Part shown: positions 30,918-40,174 of the stretch, piece after piece | Layout: the number at the start of each line of letters is the position of its first letter | How positions within the stretch are numbered: position 1 is the first letter of the stretch | Source of the DNA: Vicinamibacteria bacterium | GTDB lineage: Bacteria > Acidobacteriota > Vicinamibacteria > Vicinamibacterales > JAENWD01 | Reading direction: 5' to 3' | Assembly (NCBI GenBank): GCA_963743245.1 | Contig: CAVUPP010000013.1 | Span: 406,943 to 470,942 of the forward strand | DNA length: 64,000 bases | Made by a program: the position numbers and the translations under genes | The notes under the pieces: generated by a model | Seen by the model: the letters and a program-made list of their open reading frames with translations, nothing else | Databases searched by the model: none | What the model was told of the DNA's origin: nothing

Positions 30918-32753
30918 ATGCAGCACAACACCGGTGGACGTGTCAGGCCGGTAAGACTTCTCCTCCTGCCCGCGCTGACCATCGCGGTCATCATGGCGTT
31001 GCCCGGAGCGCTGCCCGCCCCTTCGAGGGCATGGGCACAACTGCCAGCTGGTTCGGCCGACGCCAAAGACGGCGACTGGACCATGCCGGGGAAGAATCTT
31101 GCTGCCACACGGTACAGTGGCCTCGCCCAGATCACCATCGCCAACGCTGCCGGCTTGAAGCCTGTCTGGAACTTCTCGACCGGAGTCCTCCGCGGCCACG
31201 AAGGGCAACCATTGGTGGTCGGCGACACACTGTACGTCGTCACTCCGTATCCAAACGTCCTCTACGCGTTCGACCTGACGCAGGAAGGCTATCCCCTCCG
31301 GTGGAAGTACCGGCCGGCGGTCGATGCCAATGCCCTCGGCATCGCATGCTGCGACGCGATCAACCGGGGCGCCGTCTACGCCGACGGGAAGATCATCTAC
31401 AACCTGCTCGATGGTCACACCGTGGCGGTTGATGCCAGGACGGGCCGTGAGATCTGGAACACCAAGGTCGCCGATATCACCGATGGCGAAACAACGCCCA
31501 TGGCGCCGCTGGTCGTCAAGGACCGCGTCATCGTCGGACCGTCAGGGGGAGAATTCGGGATCCACGGCTGGGTCAAAGCGCTCGACGTCGCGTCGGGCAC
31601 GGTCGTCTGGACCGCCCACAACGCCGGCCCGGACGCCGACATGCTGGTGCGTCCAGGGGTGTTCAAGCCGTTCTACGACAAGGGGCCAGAGCTCGGCCTC
31701 ACGAGTTGGCCCAAGGACGCCTGGAAACAGGCGGGGGCTCCAGTGTGGGGCTGGCTGTCCTACGATCCGGACCTCGACCTGCTGTACTTCGGTGTCGGCA
31801 ACCCTGGCCCGTACAATCCGGAACAGCGTCCGGGCGACAACAAGTGGACCAACAGCGTCCTCGCGCGCCGGCCGGGTGACGGCTCACTCGTCTGGGCCTA
31901 CCAGTTCACGCCGCACGACAACTGGGACTACGACTCCAACGCCGAAAACATCCTGGCCGACATCCCGATCAACGGCACGGTCCGGAAGATCCTGCTCCAT
32001 TTCGACAAGAACGGATTTGCCTACACGATCGACCGGGCGACGGGCGAGGTGCTCGTCGCCAAGCCGTTCGTCCCAGTCAACTGGGCGACTACGATCGATC
32101 TCACGAACGGCCGGCCCGTGGTCGATCCTGCGAAGTTGACCGGAGCCCGCAAGGGAAACAGCACCTACATCTGTCCGAGCCTCGAGGGTGGCAAGAGTCC
32201 CGCGTCGCCAGCCGCGTTCTCACCTCGCACCGGTCTGTTCTACTCAGCGACCGTCAACCTCTGTATGAACTTCGAGGCGGAAGAGATCGGCCGGATCCGC
32301 GGGACGCCGTACATCGGCGCCAACACCCCATATCAAGCCGGACCTGGCGGGTCGATGGGCGCGTTCATCGCCTGGGACGCCGCCACCGGCCGGCGAGTCT
32401 GGGAGATCCCCGAGCGATTTCCGGTCTGGAGTGGCGCGCTTGCCACGGCGGGTGACGTGGCCTTCTACGGCACACTCGACGGGTGGTTCAAGGCGGTCGA
32501 TGCCAAGGCAGGCACGGTGCTCTGGAAATTCAAGGTCGGATCCGGCGTCGTCGCAGCGCCGATCACCTACGCGGGGCCGGACGGCAAGCAGTATGTCGCG
32601 GTATATGCGGGGATTGGCGGGGATTGGGCGCTCCTCTCGGGCGACACGCGTGCCGACGATCCCGCCGACGTCCGGGATCCGGCCGACTACATCCGCGATC
32701 TGGCGCGATACACGAGTCAAGGAGGCATGGTATGGGTGTTTGCTTTGCCATGA
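30918..32753 (+). CDS. PQQ-dependent methanol/ethanol-family dehydrogenase, XoxF-like (lanthanide-type motif)
   Basis: GHEGQPLV, vicinal ACCDAINRG, GGEFG, WGWLSYDP, GNPGP, RPGDNKW, HDNWDYD, QYVAV; signal peptide. Confidence 0.9.
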   Translation: MQHNTGGRVRPVRLLLLPALTIAVIMALPGALPAPSRAWAQLPAGSADAKDGDWTMPGKNLAATRYSGLAQITIANAAGLKPVWNFSTGVLRGHEGQPLVVGDTLYVVTPYPNVLYAFDLTQEGYPLRWKYRPAVDANALGIACCDAINRGAVYADGKIIYNLLDGHTVAVDARTGREIWNTKVADITDGETTPMAPLVVKDRVIVGPSGGEFGIHGWVKALDVASGTVVWTAHNAGPDADMLVRPGVFKPFYDKGPELGLTSWPKDAWKQAGAPVWGWLSYDPDLDLLYFGVGNPGPYNPEQRPGDNKWTNSVLARRPGDGSLVWAYQFTPHDNWDYDSNAENILADIPINGTVRKILLHFDKNGFAYTIDRATGEVLVAKPFVPVNWATTIDLTNGRPVVDPAKLTGARKGNSTYICPSLEGGKSPASPAAFSPRTGLFYSATVNLCMNFEAEEIGRIRGTPYIGANTPYQAGPGGSMGAFIAWDAATGRRVWEIPERFPVWSGALATAGDVAFYGTLDGWFKAVDAKAGTVLWKFKVGSGVVAAPITYAGPDGKQYVAVYAGIGGDWALLSGDTRADDPADVRDPADYIRDLARYTSQGGMVWVFALP

Positions 32754-32778
32754 GCTCCACTCGCCAACAGGAGAGTAA

Positions 32779-33228
32779 GTGAACGCCAGCGTTGCGCTCC
32801 TTTCACTCACGGTCGTGAGCTTGACGGTCGCCGCCCGGCAAGCCTCGGATCGACCCGTCGCGACCGTGAACACCGAGCAACGGATCCTGGCAGGAGGCGT
32901 GGCTCCGCCCGTCGTGACGATCAAGGCGGTCAATCCGTATGCTGGCGATCAGGCTTCCGCGGAGCAGGGCAAAGCTCTCTTCCGCATGATGAATTGCGAG
33001 GGATGCCATTCAATCGCCGGCGAAGGCTCCTGGGCACCAAGCATCATCACTCGACGTTACCGGTACGGTGGAACCGATGCGGCGGTGTTTGAAACGATCT
33101 TCTACGGGAGGCCGCGGGGAATGCCCGCGTACGGAGGGATCCTGCCGCCGGAGCTCACCTGGAAGCTCGTGACGTTTCTCCGATCCATTCCCCCGCCCAA
33201 GGCCGTGCCGACGCAGTCGTGGCAGTGA
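32779..33228 (+). CDS. Monoheme cytochrome c, probable electron acceptor of the PQQ dehydrogenase
   Basis: GGAG RBS, signal peptide, NPY, CEGCH, GMPAYG. Confidence 0.88.
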   Translation: MNASVALLSLTVVSLTVAARQASDRPVATVNTEQRILAGGVAPPVVTIKAVNPYAGDQASAEQGKALFRMMNCEGCHSIAGEGSWAPSIITRRYRYGGTDAAVFETIFYGRPRGMPAYGGILPPELTWKLVTFLRSIPPPKAVPTQSWQ

Positions 33229-33232
33229 CGCT

Positions 33233-35281
33233 TCACTTCAGATGCGCGTCGAACCACGCCACAGTGCGCTCGATCTTGTCGCGCTGATGTGCGGGCGTCG
33301 CGAACGAGTGACCTTCATGCTCGTACACGACGAGCCGCGTTTCGACGCCAAGCGCCCTCAACGCATGCCAGAACTCGTAGGACTGCGGTGACGGGCATTC
33401 CGCATCGCTGTCGCCAACCAGCATCAACGTCGGGGTCTTCACGTTCTTGATGAAGTTGATCGCCGAGCTTCTCGCATACACGGCGGGATCGTCGTACACC
33501 GAGGCGCCGAAGAACGGCTTCATCCACTGATCGATCAGGTTCTGCCCGTAGTAGCTCTGATAGTTCGAGATTCCTGCGCCGGCCATCGCCGCTTTGAAGC
33601 GGTCGGTCTGGGTCACGCCCCACATGGTCATGAACCCGCCGTAGCTCCAGCCGGTCAGGCCAAGACGATCGGGATCGATCGGCGCCACCCGCAATGCTTC
33701 ATCGACGCCGGCGAGGATGTCGCGGAAGTCGCCGTAGCCGAAATCCTTGACGTTGGCGCGCGTGAAGGCTTCACCCTGCCCGAAGCTCCCGCGTGGATTC
33801 GGCTTGAGCACGAAGTAACCCGCGGCGGCCAATGTGATGTCATAAGCATTTGGATCGGGCCACGCCGGGCGCACGGCGGAGCCCGGACCTCCGTGGACGC
33901 TCACGACCATTGGATATTTCTTGCCCGCTTCGACATCGCGCGGATAGATCAGCCAGCCTTGCACGTCGTAGCCATCACTCTTCCAGTGAAGGCTCCTTGC
34001 CTCTCCCCACGCCGGTTGGAGGCCGGTATTGCGATTCGTGACCGGCTTCCAGTCACCGATGCTGCCCGCCCAGACCTCAGGCGGCGCACTGAACGAACTG
34101 CGCACCACGGCGGTGGTCTTCCCATCTTGCGCGAGCGACATGGTGGTGCCCCACGCCCCGGCGGTCACTTGCCCAGCGTGGCGAAACACCTGTTCGATGC
34201 GGCCGCTTTCAGGGTCCACTGTCGCGATTCCCGCATCGCCCTCGATGTATTCACCAAAGAGGATCTTCTTCTCGGGCGTCCAGGTGAGCCAGCTCGCAGA
34301 CGCTTTCATCTCGGGTGTGAGATTGCGTGCCTCGCCGCCGCCTTTCCCGACGATGAAGATGTCGCCGCCGATGGCTGGTTCGTCGCTCATCAGACCCGCG
34401 ATGAAGGCGACCGACGTTCCATCGGGCGACCAGGCCGGATTGGCAACCTGCAGCGGCGGTTGGTAGATGGACGTCAGCTCGCCGCCGGCGGCGCTGATCG
34501 TGTAGATCTGAGCGACGTACCAGTTGGCGTCGCCGTTGCCACGGGCGGCCGTCACGACAAATTGCTGTCCGTCTGGGGACCAGTCGTACTCATAGACGTA
34601 CATGTCAGCGGGCGAAATCTGACGCAGCGTGCCCGAGCTGACGTCTACCAGCGCGAGCCGTTGCTCGGTGACGGTCTCCATGATTTCGCCGGTCTGGGGC
34701 GTCGCCGCAACCAGCGGCCCGGCAGCCCGCGTGGCATTCTCGGTGAACAGCAGCGCGATTGTCCGCCCGTCTGGAGACCAGCCCGGGGTGGCAAGAAACC
34801 CGTTTACGCCGGTCAGCCGACGCGCGGGTCCGCCGGCAGCGTCGGTGACATAGAGCTGCAGCTGGCCCGGCTTCGCGGCGTCGGACAGAAATGCAATCCG
34901 CCGGCTGTCCGGTGACCAGGCCACATTGCCTTCCGCACATGCCACGCCGGGGGCTGCAGCGGAGACCTGACGCGGCGCAGCCACCGCGTTCACTGCGGCG
35001 ACATGGATCGCACTGTGACCATTGGGTGCGCCATCGCTGCCGACGAGAGTCTCGACCCACGCGACACGCGTCCCGTCCGGCGAGATGGCTGCCTGCTCGA
35101 ACCGGTGTGCGGCAAGGAGCGCGTGCACGGCGTCACTCAGGGGAGACGCAGCTGGGCGGGTCGAGACGGCCGGAGCCTGATGCGGTGCGGATTCCGGCGC
35201 CGTTGTAGTCTGTGCGGAGCCCTGAACGTGCACGCCAGCGAGCAGCGCTGCCAGGAGGATCCATTCGGTCTGGTGCGTCAT
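33233..35281 (-). CDS. S9 family peptidase (acylaminoacyl/dipeptidyl peptidase)
   Basis: WSPDG propeller repeats, HGGP, NPRGS, GWSYGG nucleophile, GDSD, EGH. Confidence 0.93.
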   Translation of the reverse strand: MTHQTEWILLAALLAGVHVQGSAQTTTAPESAPHQAPAVSTRPAASPLSDAVHALLAAHRFEQAAISPDGTRVAWVETLVGSDGAPNGHSAIHVAAVNAVAAPRQVSAAAPGVACAEGNVAWSPDSRRIAFLSDAAKPGQLQLYVTDAAGGPARRLTGVNGFLATPGWSPDGRTIALLFTENATRAAGPLVAATPQTGEIMETVTEQRLALVDVSSGTLRQISPADMYVYEYDWSPDGQQFVVTAARGNGDANWYVAQIYTISAAGGELTSIYQPPLQVANPAWSPDGTSVAFIAGLMSDEPAIGGDIFIVGKGGGEARNLTPEMKASASWLTWTPEKKILFGEYIEGDAGIATVDPESGRIEQVFRHAGQVTAGAWGTTMSLAQDGKTTAVVRSSFSAPPEVWAGSIGDWKPVTNRNTGLQPAWGEARSLHWKSDGYDVQGWLIYPRDVEAGKKYPMVVSVHGGPGSAVRPAWPDPNAYDITLAAAGYFVLKPNPRGSFGQGEAFTRANVKDFGYGDFRDILAGVDEALRVAPIDPDRLGLTGWSYGGFMTMWGVTQTDRFKAAMAGAGISNYQSYYGQNLIDQWMKPFFGASVYDDPAVYARSSAINFIKNVKTPTLMLVGDSDAECPSPQSYEFWHALRALGVETRLVVYEHEGHSFATPAHQRDKIERTVAWFDAHLK

Positions 35282-35305
35282 AAACTCGTCACACTCGTCG
35301 GCTGC

Positions 35306-35334
35306 ATGCTACCGGAGGGGGGCCCGCAGGACAA
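35306..35334 (-). promoter_or_regulatory. Putative sigma70 promoter of the S9 peptidase
   Basis: Minus-strand TTGTCC-N17-TAGCAT, 24 nt upstream of the ATG. Confidence 0.5.
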
Positions 35335-35381
35335 CGAGACATCATCACAATGTCGGCACGGCCGCATTCACTTGGTACTTC

Positions 35382-36140
35382 ATGAAGATCGCGACATGGA
35401 ACGTCAACGGCATCCGCGCCCGGCACGGGCAACTGCTCGACTGGATCGAGCGCGACCGGCCCGATGTGATCTGCCTTCAGGAAATCAAAGCCAGCGTCGA
35501 TCAGATTCCACTGCTGCTCTGCGACCTTCAAGGCTACTGGTGCTATTGGCACGGCGGAAAGGGCTACTCAGGTGTGGCTCTTCACGTGAACCGCGAGCGC
35601 TGGCCCGAGCGGCCAGGCTTTCATCATCCCGAGTTCGACTTCGAACATCGCATCGTGACGGCCGATCTGGGCGACCTCGTCGTCGCTTCGGTCTACGTTC
35701 CCAACGGAGGCAAGGACTTCGATGCCAAGATGCGCTTCCTCGAGGCACTGGACGGCCTGGCCGGCGGCGCCGAGCGCGACGGCCGCCGCCTGGTCATCTG
35801 CGGTGACCTCAACATCGCGCTGACCGATCTGGACGTCCACCCGAAGGAACGGAAGCCGAACATCATCGGCCAGCGCCCGGACGAACGCGCACTGCTCGAC
35901 CGGATCATCGGGCGCGACCTCGTGGACGTCGCGCGCACGTTGAGTCCAGCGGATGAGGGACTGTTCACGTGGTGGGCACCGTGGCGCAACATGCGGCAAC
36001 GGAACATCGGGTGGCGGATCGACTACATCCTGGCCAGCCGCGTCCTCATGCCTCGCGTCACGGGATGCACGGTGTTGCGGGACCTGGGCACGAGCGATCA
36101 CGCGCCGCTCGTGATGACGCTCAGCGACGACCATTCCTAG
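35382..36140 (+). CDS. xth: Exodeoxyribonuclease III
   Basis: MKIATWNVNGIRAR, LQEIK, GYSGVA, YVPNG, GDLNIA, TWW, GWRIDY, SDHAP. Confidence 0.95.
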   Translation: MKIATWNVNGIRARHGQLLDWIERDRPDVICLQEIKASVDQIPLLLCDLQGYWCYWHGGKGYSGVALHVNRERWPERPGFHHPEFDFEHRIVTADLGDLVVASVYVPNGGKDFDAKMRFLEALDGLAGGAERDGRRLVICGDLNIALTDLDVHPKERKPNIIGQRPDERALLDRIIGRDLVDVARTLSPADEGLFTWWAPWRNMRQRNIGWRIDYILASRVLMPRVTGCTVLRDLGTSDHAPLVMTLSDDHS

Positions 36141-36171
36141 GGCTTTGGGCTTTGGGCTTTGGGCTTTGGGC
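36140..36171. repeat. Perfect (GGGCTTT)4 GGGC microsatellite matching the G-quadruplex consensus
   Basis: Begins at the last base of the xth stop codon; five GGG tracts with 4-nt loops. Confidence 0.9.
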
Positions 36172-36186
36172 CAGCCCGGCGCTGAA

Positions 36187-36214
36187 GGAACGCGATCGAC
36201 GGATGGTTCGTCTA
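36187..36214 (+). promoter_or_regulatory. Putative ECF sigma promoter of ADOP permease 2
   Basis: GGAAC-N17-CGTCTA, 57 nt upstream of ATG 36272. Confidence 0.6.
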
Positions 36215-36271
36215 AAAGATGTCCGGCGGGGCGAATTCCTTCGCCCAGGCTCGCACGCGACAGGAGAGCGG

Positions 36272-38697
36272 CATGCAGGACCTCAAATACGCGCTGCGGA
36301 CGCTCACTCGAACGCCCGGCTTCACGGTCGTCGCCGCGCTGACGCTCGCCCTGGGCATCGGTGCCACCGCGGCCATCTTCAGTGTCGCCCGCACCATCCT
36401 GCTGCAGCCGCTGCCGTACGAGGATGCCGGACGAGCCGTGATGGTCTGGAGCCGCTGGGTCGGCTGGGACAAGACGTGGGTGTCTGAAGCGGAGCTGCTG
36501 GACTTCAGGACGGCAAGGACGCTGCGAGATGCCGGTGCCTGGAGTTCCGGGCAGGTGAGCCTGACCGGTGATGGCACCCCGGAGCGCGTCGGCGCCGCCG
36601 AGGTGACGCCGAACCTGTTCACCGCGCTTGGCGTGCAGCCGGCGCTCGGCCGCGGCTTCACCCCGGATGAAGAGAACGAAGGCCGTTCGCCGGTTGCGAT
36701 CCTCAGCCACGAGCTCTGGCAGCGGCGCTTCGCCGGCGATCCCCGCATCCTGAATCACCCGATCCGCATCGACGGCGTCTCTGTGATGGTGGTCGGCATC
36801 ATGCCGCCCGGCTTCCAGCTCCCGACCGATTACACCGAAGACTTTGCCGAGCCCACCCGGCTGTGGACGCCGCTCACGATCAATCACGCCATGCCCACGC
36901 GCGGCAATCATGGCCTCTACGCAGCGGCACGGCTCGCGCCCGGCGCAACGGTCGATCAGGCCAACGCTGAGCTCGCCGCCATCATCGGCGCTCGCACCGC
37001 CAGGGCTCTATCAGCCGCTCGCGCATCAGGCGCGATTGCCGTCGCCGTCGACGAACAGATCTCGGGACGTGCGCCCCGGATGTTCCTGCTCGCCGTCGCG
37101 GTCGGCCTGCTGCTTCTCATCGCCTGCGTCAACGTCGCGAACCTGCTCCTCGCACGCGCCGAGGGGCGCCTGCGCGAGATGGCGCTTCGTACCGCAGTCG
37201 GCGCGGCCGCCTCCGACTCGCTCGGCAGCTGCTGACCGAGGCGGGTGTGCTGGCCGTGGCCGGTGCCATCGGCGGCATCCTGCTGCGTGGGCCGGCGTCG
37301 CCACGCTTCGCTGTGGGCGCCCGGGCAACATCCCCCGCATCGATCACGTGCGCGTGGACTGGACCGTCGTCGCCTTTGCCATCCCGTCTCCTGGCGACGG
37401 CCCTGGTCTTTGGCCTGGTGCCGGTCGCCCGCCTGTTCAAGTCGGATCTCGTGGCGCGCTCAAGGAAGGCGGGCACGGGGCAACGGTCGGCATCCATCGC
37501 CAGCGGATGCGAGGTGTGCTCGTCGCCGCAGAGGTCGCCTTCGCCATCGTGCTGCTCGTGTCGGCCGGGCTCATGGTGCGCACGCTCTGGGCGTTGACAC
37601 ACGTGGACCTCGGATTCGAACCCGAGCGCGTGCTGACGCTTCGGACGTCGCTGCCACAGGCCGACTATCCCCGTCCAGAACAGGTCGTATCGTTCTACGA
37701 GCGCGCGAGCGTCCAGCTCCGGCAGTTGCCGGGCGTGACCGATGTCGGAGCCGTGCGATCGCTGCCGCTCGGTTCGACGATCGGGGATTGGGGGCTCGAC
37801 ATCGACGGGTACGTCAACACTCCCGGCAACCGCGCCAAAGGTGACTGGCAGGTCGTGACCGACGGTGCCATTGAAGCGATGGGCGAGCATCTGGTCGCAG
37901 GACGGCTCTTCACGCGCGCGGATCGTGCCGACAGCCAACCCGTGGCAATCGTCAACGAGACGATGGTGAGGAAGTATTGGGATGGGAAGAGCCCGGTTGG
38001 CCGCCGCATGCGCATGGGCAGCAGCAACCCCAACCGGCCCTGGATCACCGTCGTCGGGGTCGTGCGCGACCTGCGACACAACGGGCTGATCGCCCCGGTG
38101 AAGGAGAAGTTCTACATCCCGCACGCGCAGTTCGCAGTCTCGGCCGGATTCGCGCCGCGCGACATGACGTTCGTGGTGCGGTCGTCCGGGGATCCGATGA
38201 CCGTCGCCAGTCAGGCGCGCGCGACGCTGGCCGGTCTCGATCGGAACGTCCCGGTGTCGAGCGTGCGGAGGATGCGCGAGGTCGTCTCGGATTCGCGAGC
38301 GTCTTCGACGTTCACCGGCCTCATCCTTGGCGTGTTCGCGGCGCTGGCGCTGTTGCTCTCGGCCATCGGCCTCTACGGCGTGCTGGCCTACATCGTCTCG
38401 CAACGGACGCGCGAGATCGGCATCCGTCTCTCGCTGGGCGCGACCCCGCACGGCATCCTGCGACTGGTGTTGTGGCGTGGACTCGCGCTGTCGGCGCTGG
38501 GTGTCGTGGCGGGCCTGGCCGGCGCATTCGCGGCCGCGCGGATGATGAGCGCCTTCCTCTATGGCGTCGAGGCGCACGACCCGGTCACGTTCGTCGCCGT
38601 TGCCGCGGGACTGCTTGGCGTCGCGGCCGTGGCGAGTGCGGTCCCCGCGCTACGCGCCGCGCGTGTGAATCCTCTCGTCGCGCTCCGCGCGGAATAA
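36272..38697 (+). CDS. ADOP-type ABC permease (several frameshifts at about 37000-37460)
   Basis: MQDLKYALRTL..PGF, LLIACVNVANLLLARA, LKEGG, QRTREIGIRLSLGA, VNPLVALRAE; pieces lie in different frames. Confidence 0.88.
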
Positions 38698-38711
38698 CGC
38701 AAGGCCCCTGA

Positions 38712-40106
38712 TCACTTGGCCAGGACTTTGACGACGCGATCCCAGAACGCGACAGCGTCGTAGTACCGCTGCGGATCCACGCGCTCATCGCGCCCGTGAT
38801 CGCGGATGTCGTTTGAGTCCTCGAAGAGCCCGCTGATCCCGTAGGTGGGGATACCAGCGATGCGCAGGAACAGGCCATCGCTCGCACCGCTCTCCATGAT
38901 CGGCACGACGGGCACGTTCCACATCGCGCTGACGACGTCTTCGATCGATCCGACGATCGCCGGGTTGAGTGGCGTCGGCGGGCTCGGATGGGCGCGCTCG
39001 ACCGGCTGGATACTGACGCCGGGGTCGCCGATGACGCCGGCCAGCTCCTGCATGACGCTCGACGGTTCGACGCCAGGAAGAATCCGGCAGTTCACGATTG
39101 CGGTCGCTCGCTGCGGCAGCGCGTTGTCGGCGTGTCCCGCGTCGAGCCGTGTCGCGACGCACGTCGTCCTGAGCATGGAATTCAGTCCCGGCGATCGCGA
39201 CAGACGCTCAATCGCAGCGTCGTCGCCAGGGTTCGCCGCGACAGCTCGCATGTCGGCTGCCTCCTCACCGCTGTGGATGGCTGCGGTCTTGAGCAAGGAC
39301 TGGCGCGAAATCTCGGTCAGCTGCGCCGGGAATTTGAATGCGGCGAGCTTGGTGAGCGCCGTAGCGAGCTCGTAAATAGCATTGTCAGGACGAGGCAGGG
39401 AGCTGTGCCCGCCAGGGTTGGTCGTTTCGAGCCGGTAGCTTTGGTACACTTTCTCGGCGGCCGACAGCGAGAACAGTACGGGCTTGCCGTTCTCCAGTTC
39501 ACCACCGCCGGCATCGGTGTTCAGACAGAACTCGGCATCGATCAGATCGGGGCGGTTGGCCGCGATCCAGCCCATGCCGGTGGCGGCGTCGGTCTCTTCC
39601 GCGGACGTGATGATCGTCACGATGTCGCGGGAAGGTGAGAACCCTTCCTGCTTCCAGCGGACGAGACTCGTGACGATCGTGGCGACGCCGGATTTGTCGT
39701 CCACGATTCCGCGCCCGTACCACCAGCCATCCTTCTCGGTGAAGACGAACGGGTCGGTCGTCCAATCCGCACGATTAGCGGTCACGGTGTCGAGATGCGC
39801 GATGAGCAGCATCGGCTTCGAGCCCTTGCCCGTCCCGTGAAGTCGCACGATGAGATTCAGGTTCTTCGGGTCAGGACCAACCAGCGAGAGGTCGCTTTCC
39901 GGGAACCCGGCCTGACGTAAATAGCCGGCTACCACCTGGGCGGCCTTCGTGGTGCCCTCTCCACCCTGCGCGGTGTTGACGTTGACGATGTCTCTGAGGA
40001 CATCCTGAGCGACCCGTTGCCATCGTGGCGGCAGCGAGTCAGACGCCGTGCTCATCGGCGCGGCAGCCAAAGTGAGAATCAGAGCGAGTAATAGATAAAG
40101 GCGCAT
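38712..40106 (-). CDS. Secreted M20/M25/M40 family metallopeptidase
   Basis: AHLDTV, WYGRGIVDDK, AEET, GGHSS, GASDG, HGRDER. Confidence 0.92.
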   Translation of the reverse strand: MRLYLLLALILTLAAAPMSTASDSLPPRWQRVAQDVLRDIVNVNTAQGGEGTTKAAQVVAGYLRQAGFPESDLSLVGPDPKNLNLIVRLHGTGKGSKPMLLIAHLDTVTANRADWTTDPFVFTEKDGWWYGRGIVDDKSGVATIVTSLVRWKQEGFSPSRDIVTIITSAEETDAATGMGWIAANRPDLIDAEFCLNTDAGGGELENGKPVLFSLSAAEKVYQSYRLETTNPGGHSSLPRPDNAIYELATALTKLAAFKFPAQLTEISRQSLLKTAAIHSGEEAADMRAVAANPGDDAAIERLSRSPGLNSMLRTTCVATRLDAGHADNALPQRATAIVNCRILPGVEPSSVMQELAGVIGDPGVSIQPVERAHPSPPTPLNPAIVGSIEDVVSAMWNVPVVPIMESGASDGLFLRIAGIPTYGISGLFEDSNDIRDHGRDERVDPQRYYDAVAFWDRVVKVLAK

Positions 40107-40174
40107 GACGACTCCGAAAAGCGATGAAACAACCAATCAGCCTATCATGGACACGGTCTCCGCCACATCCGGCC

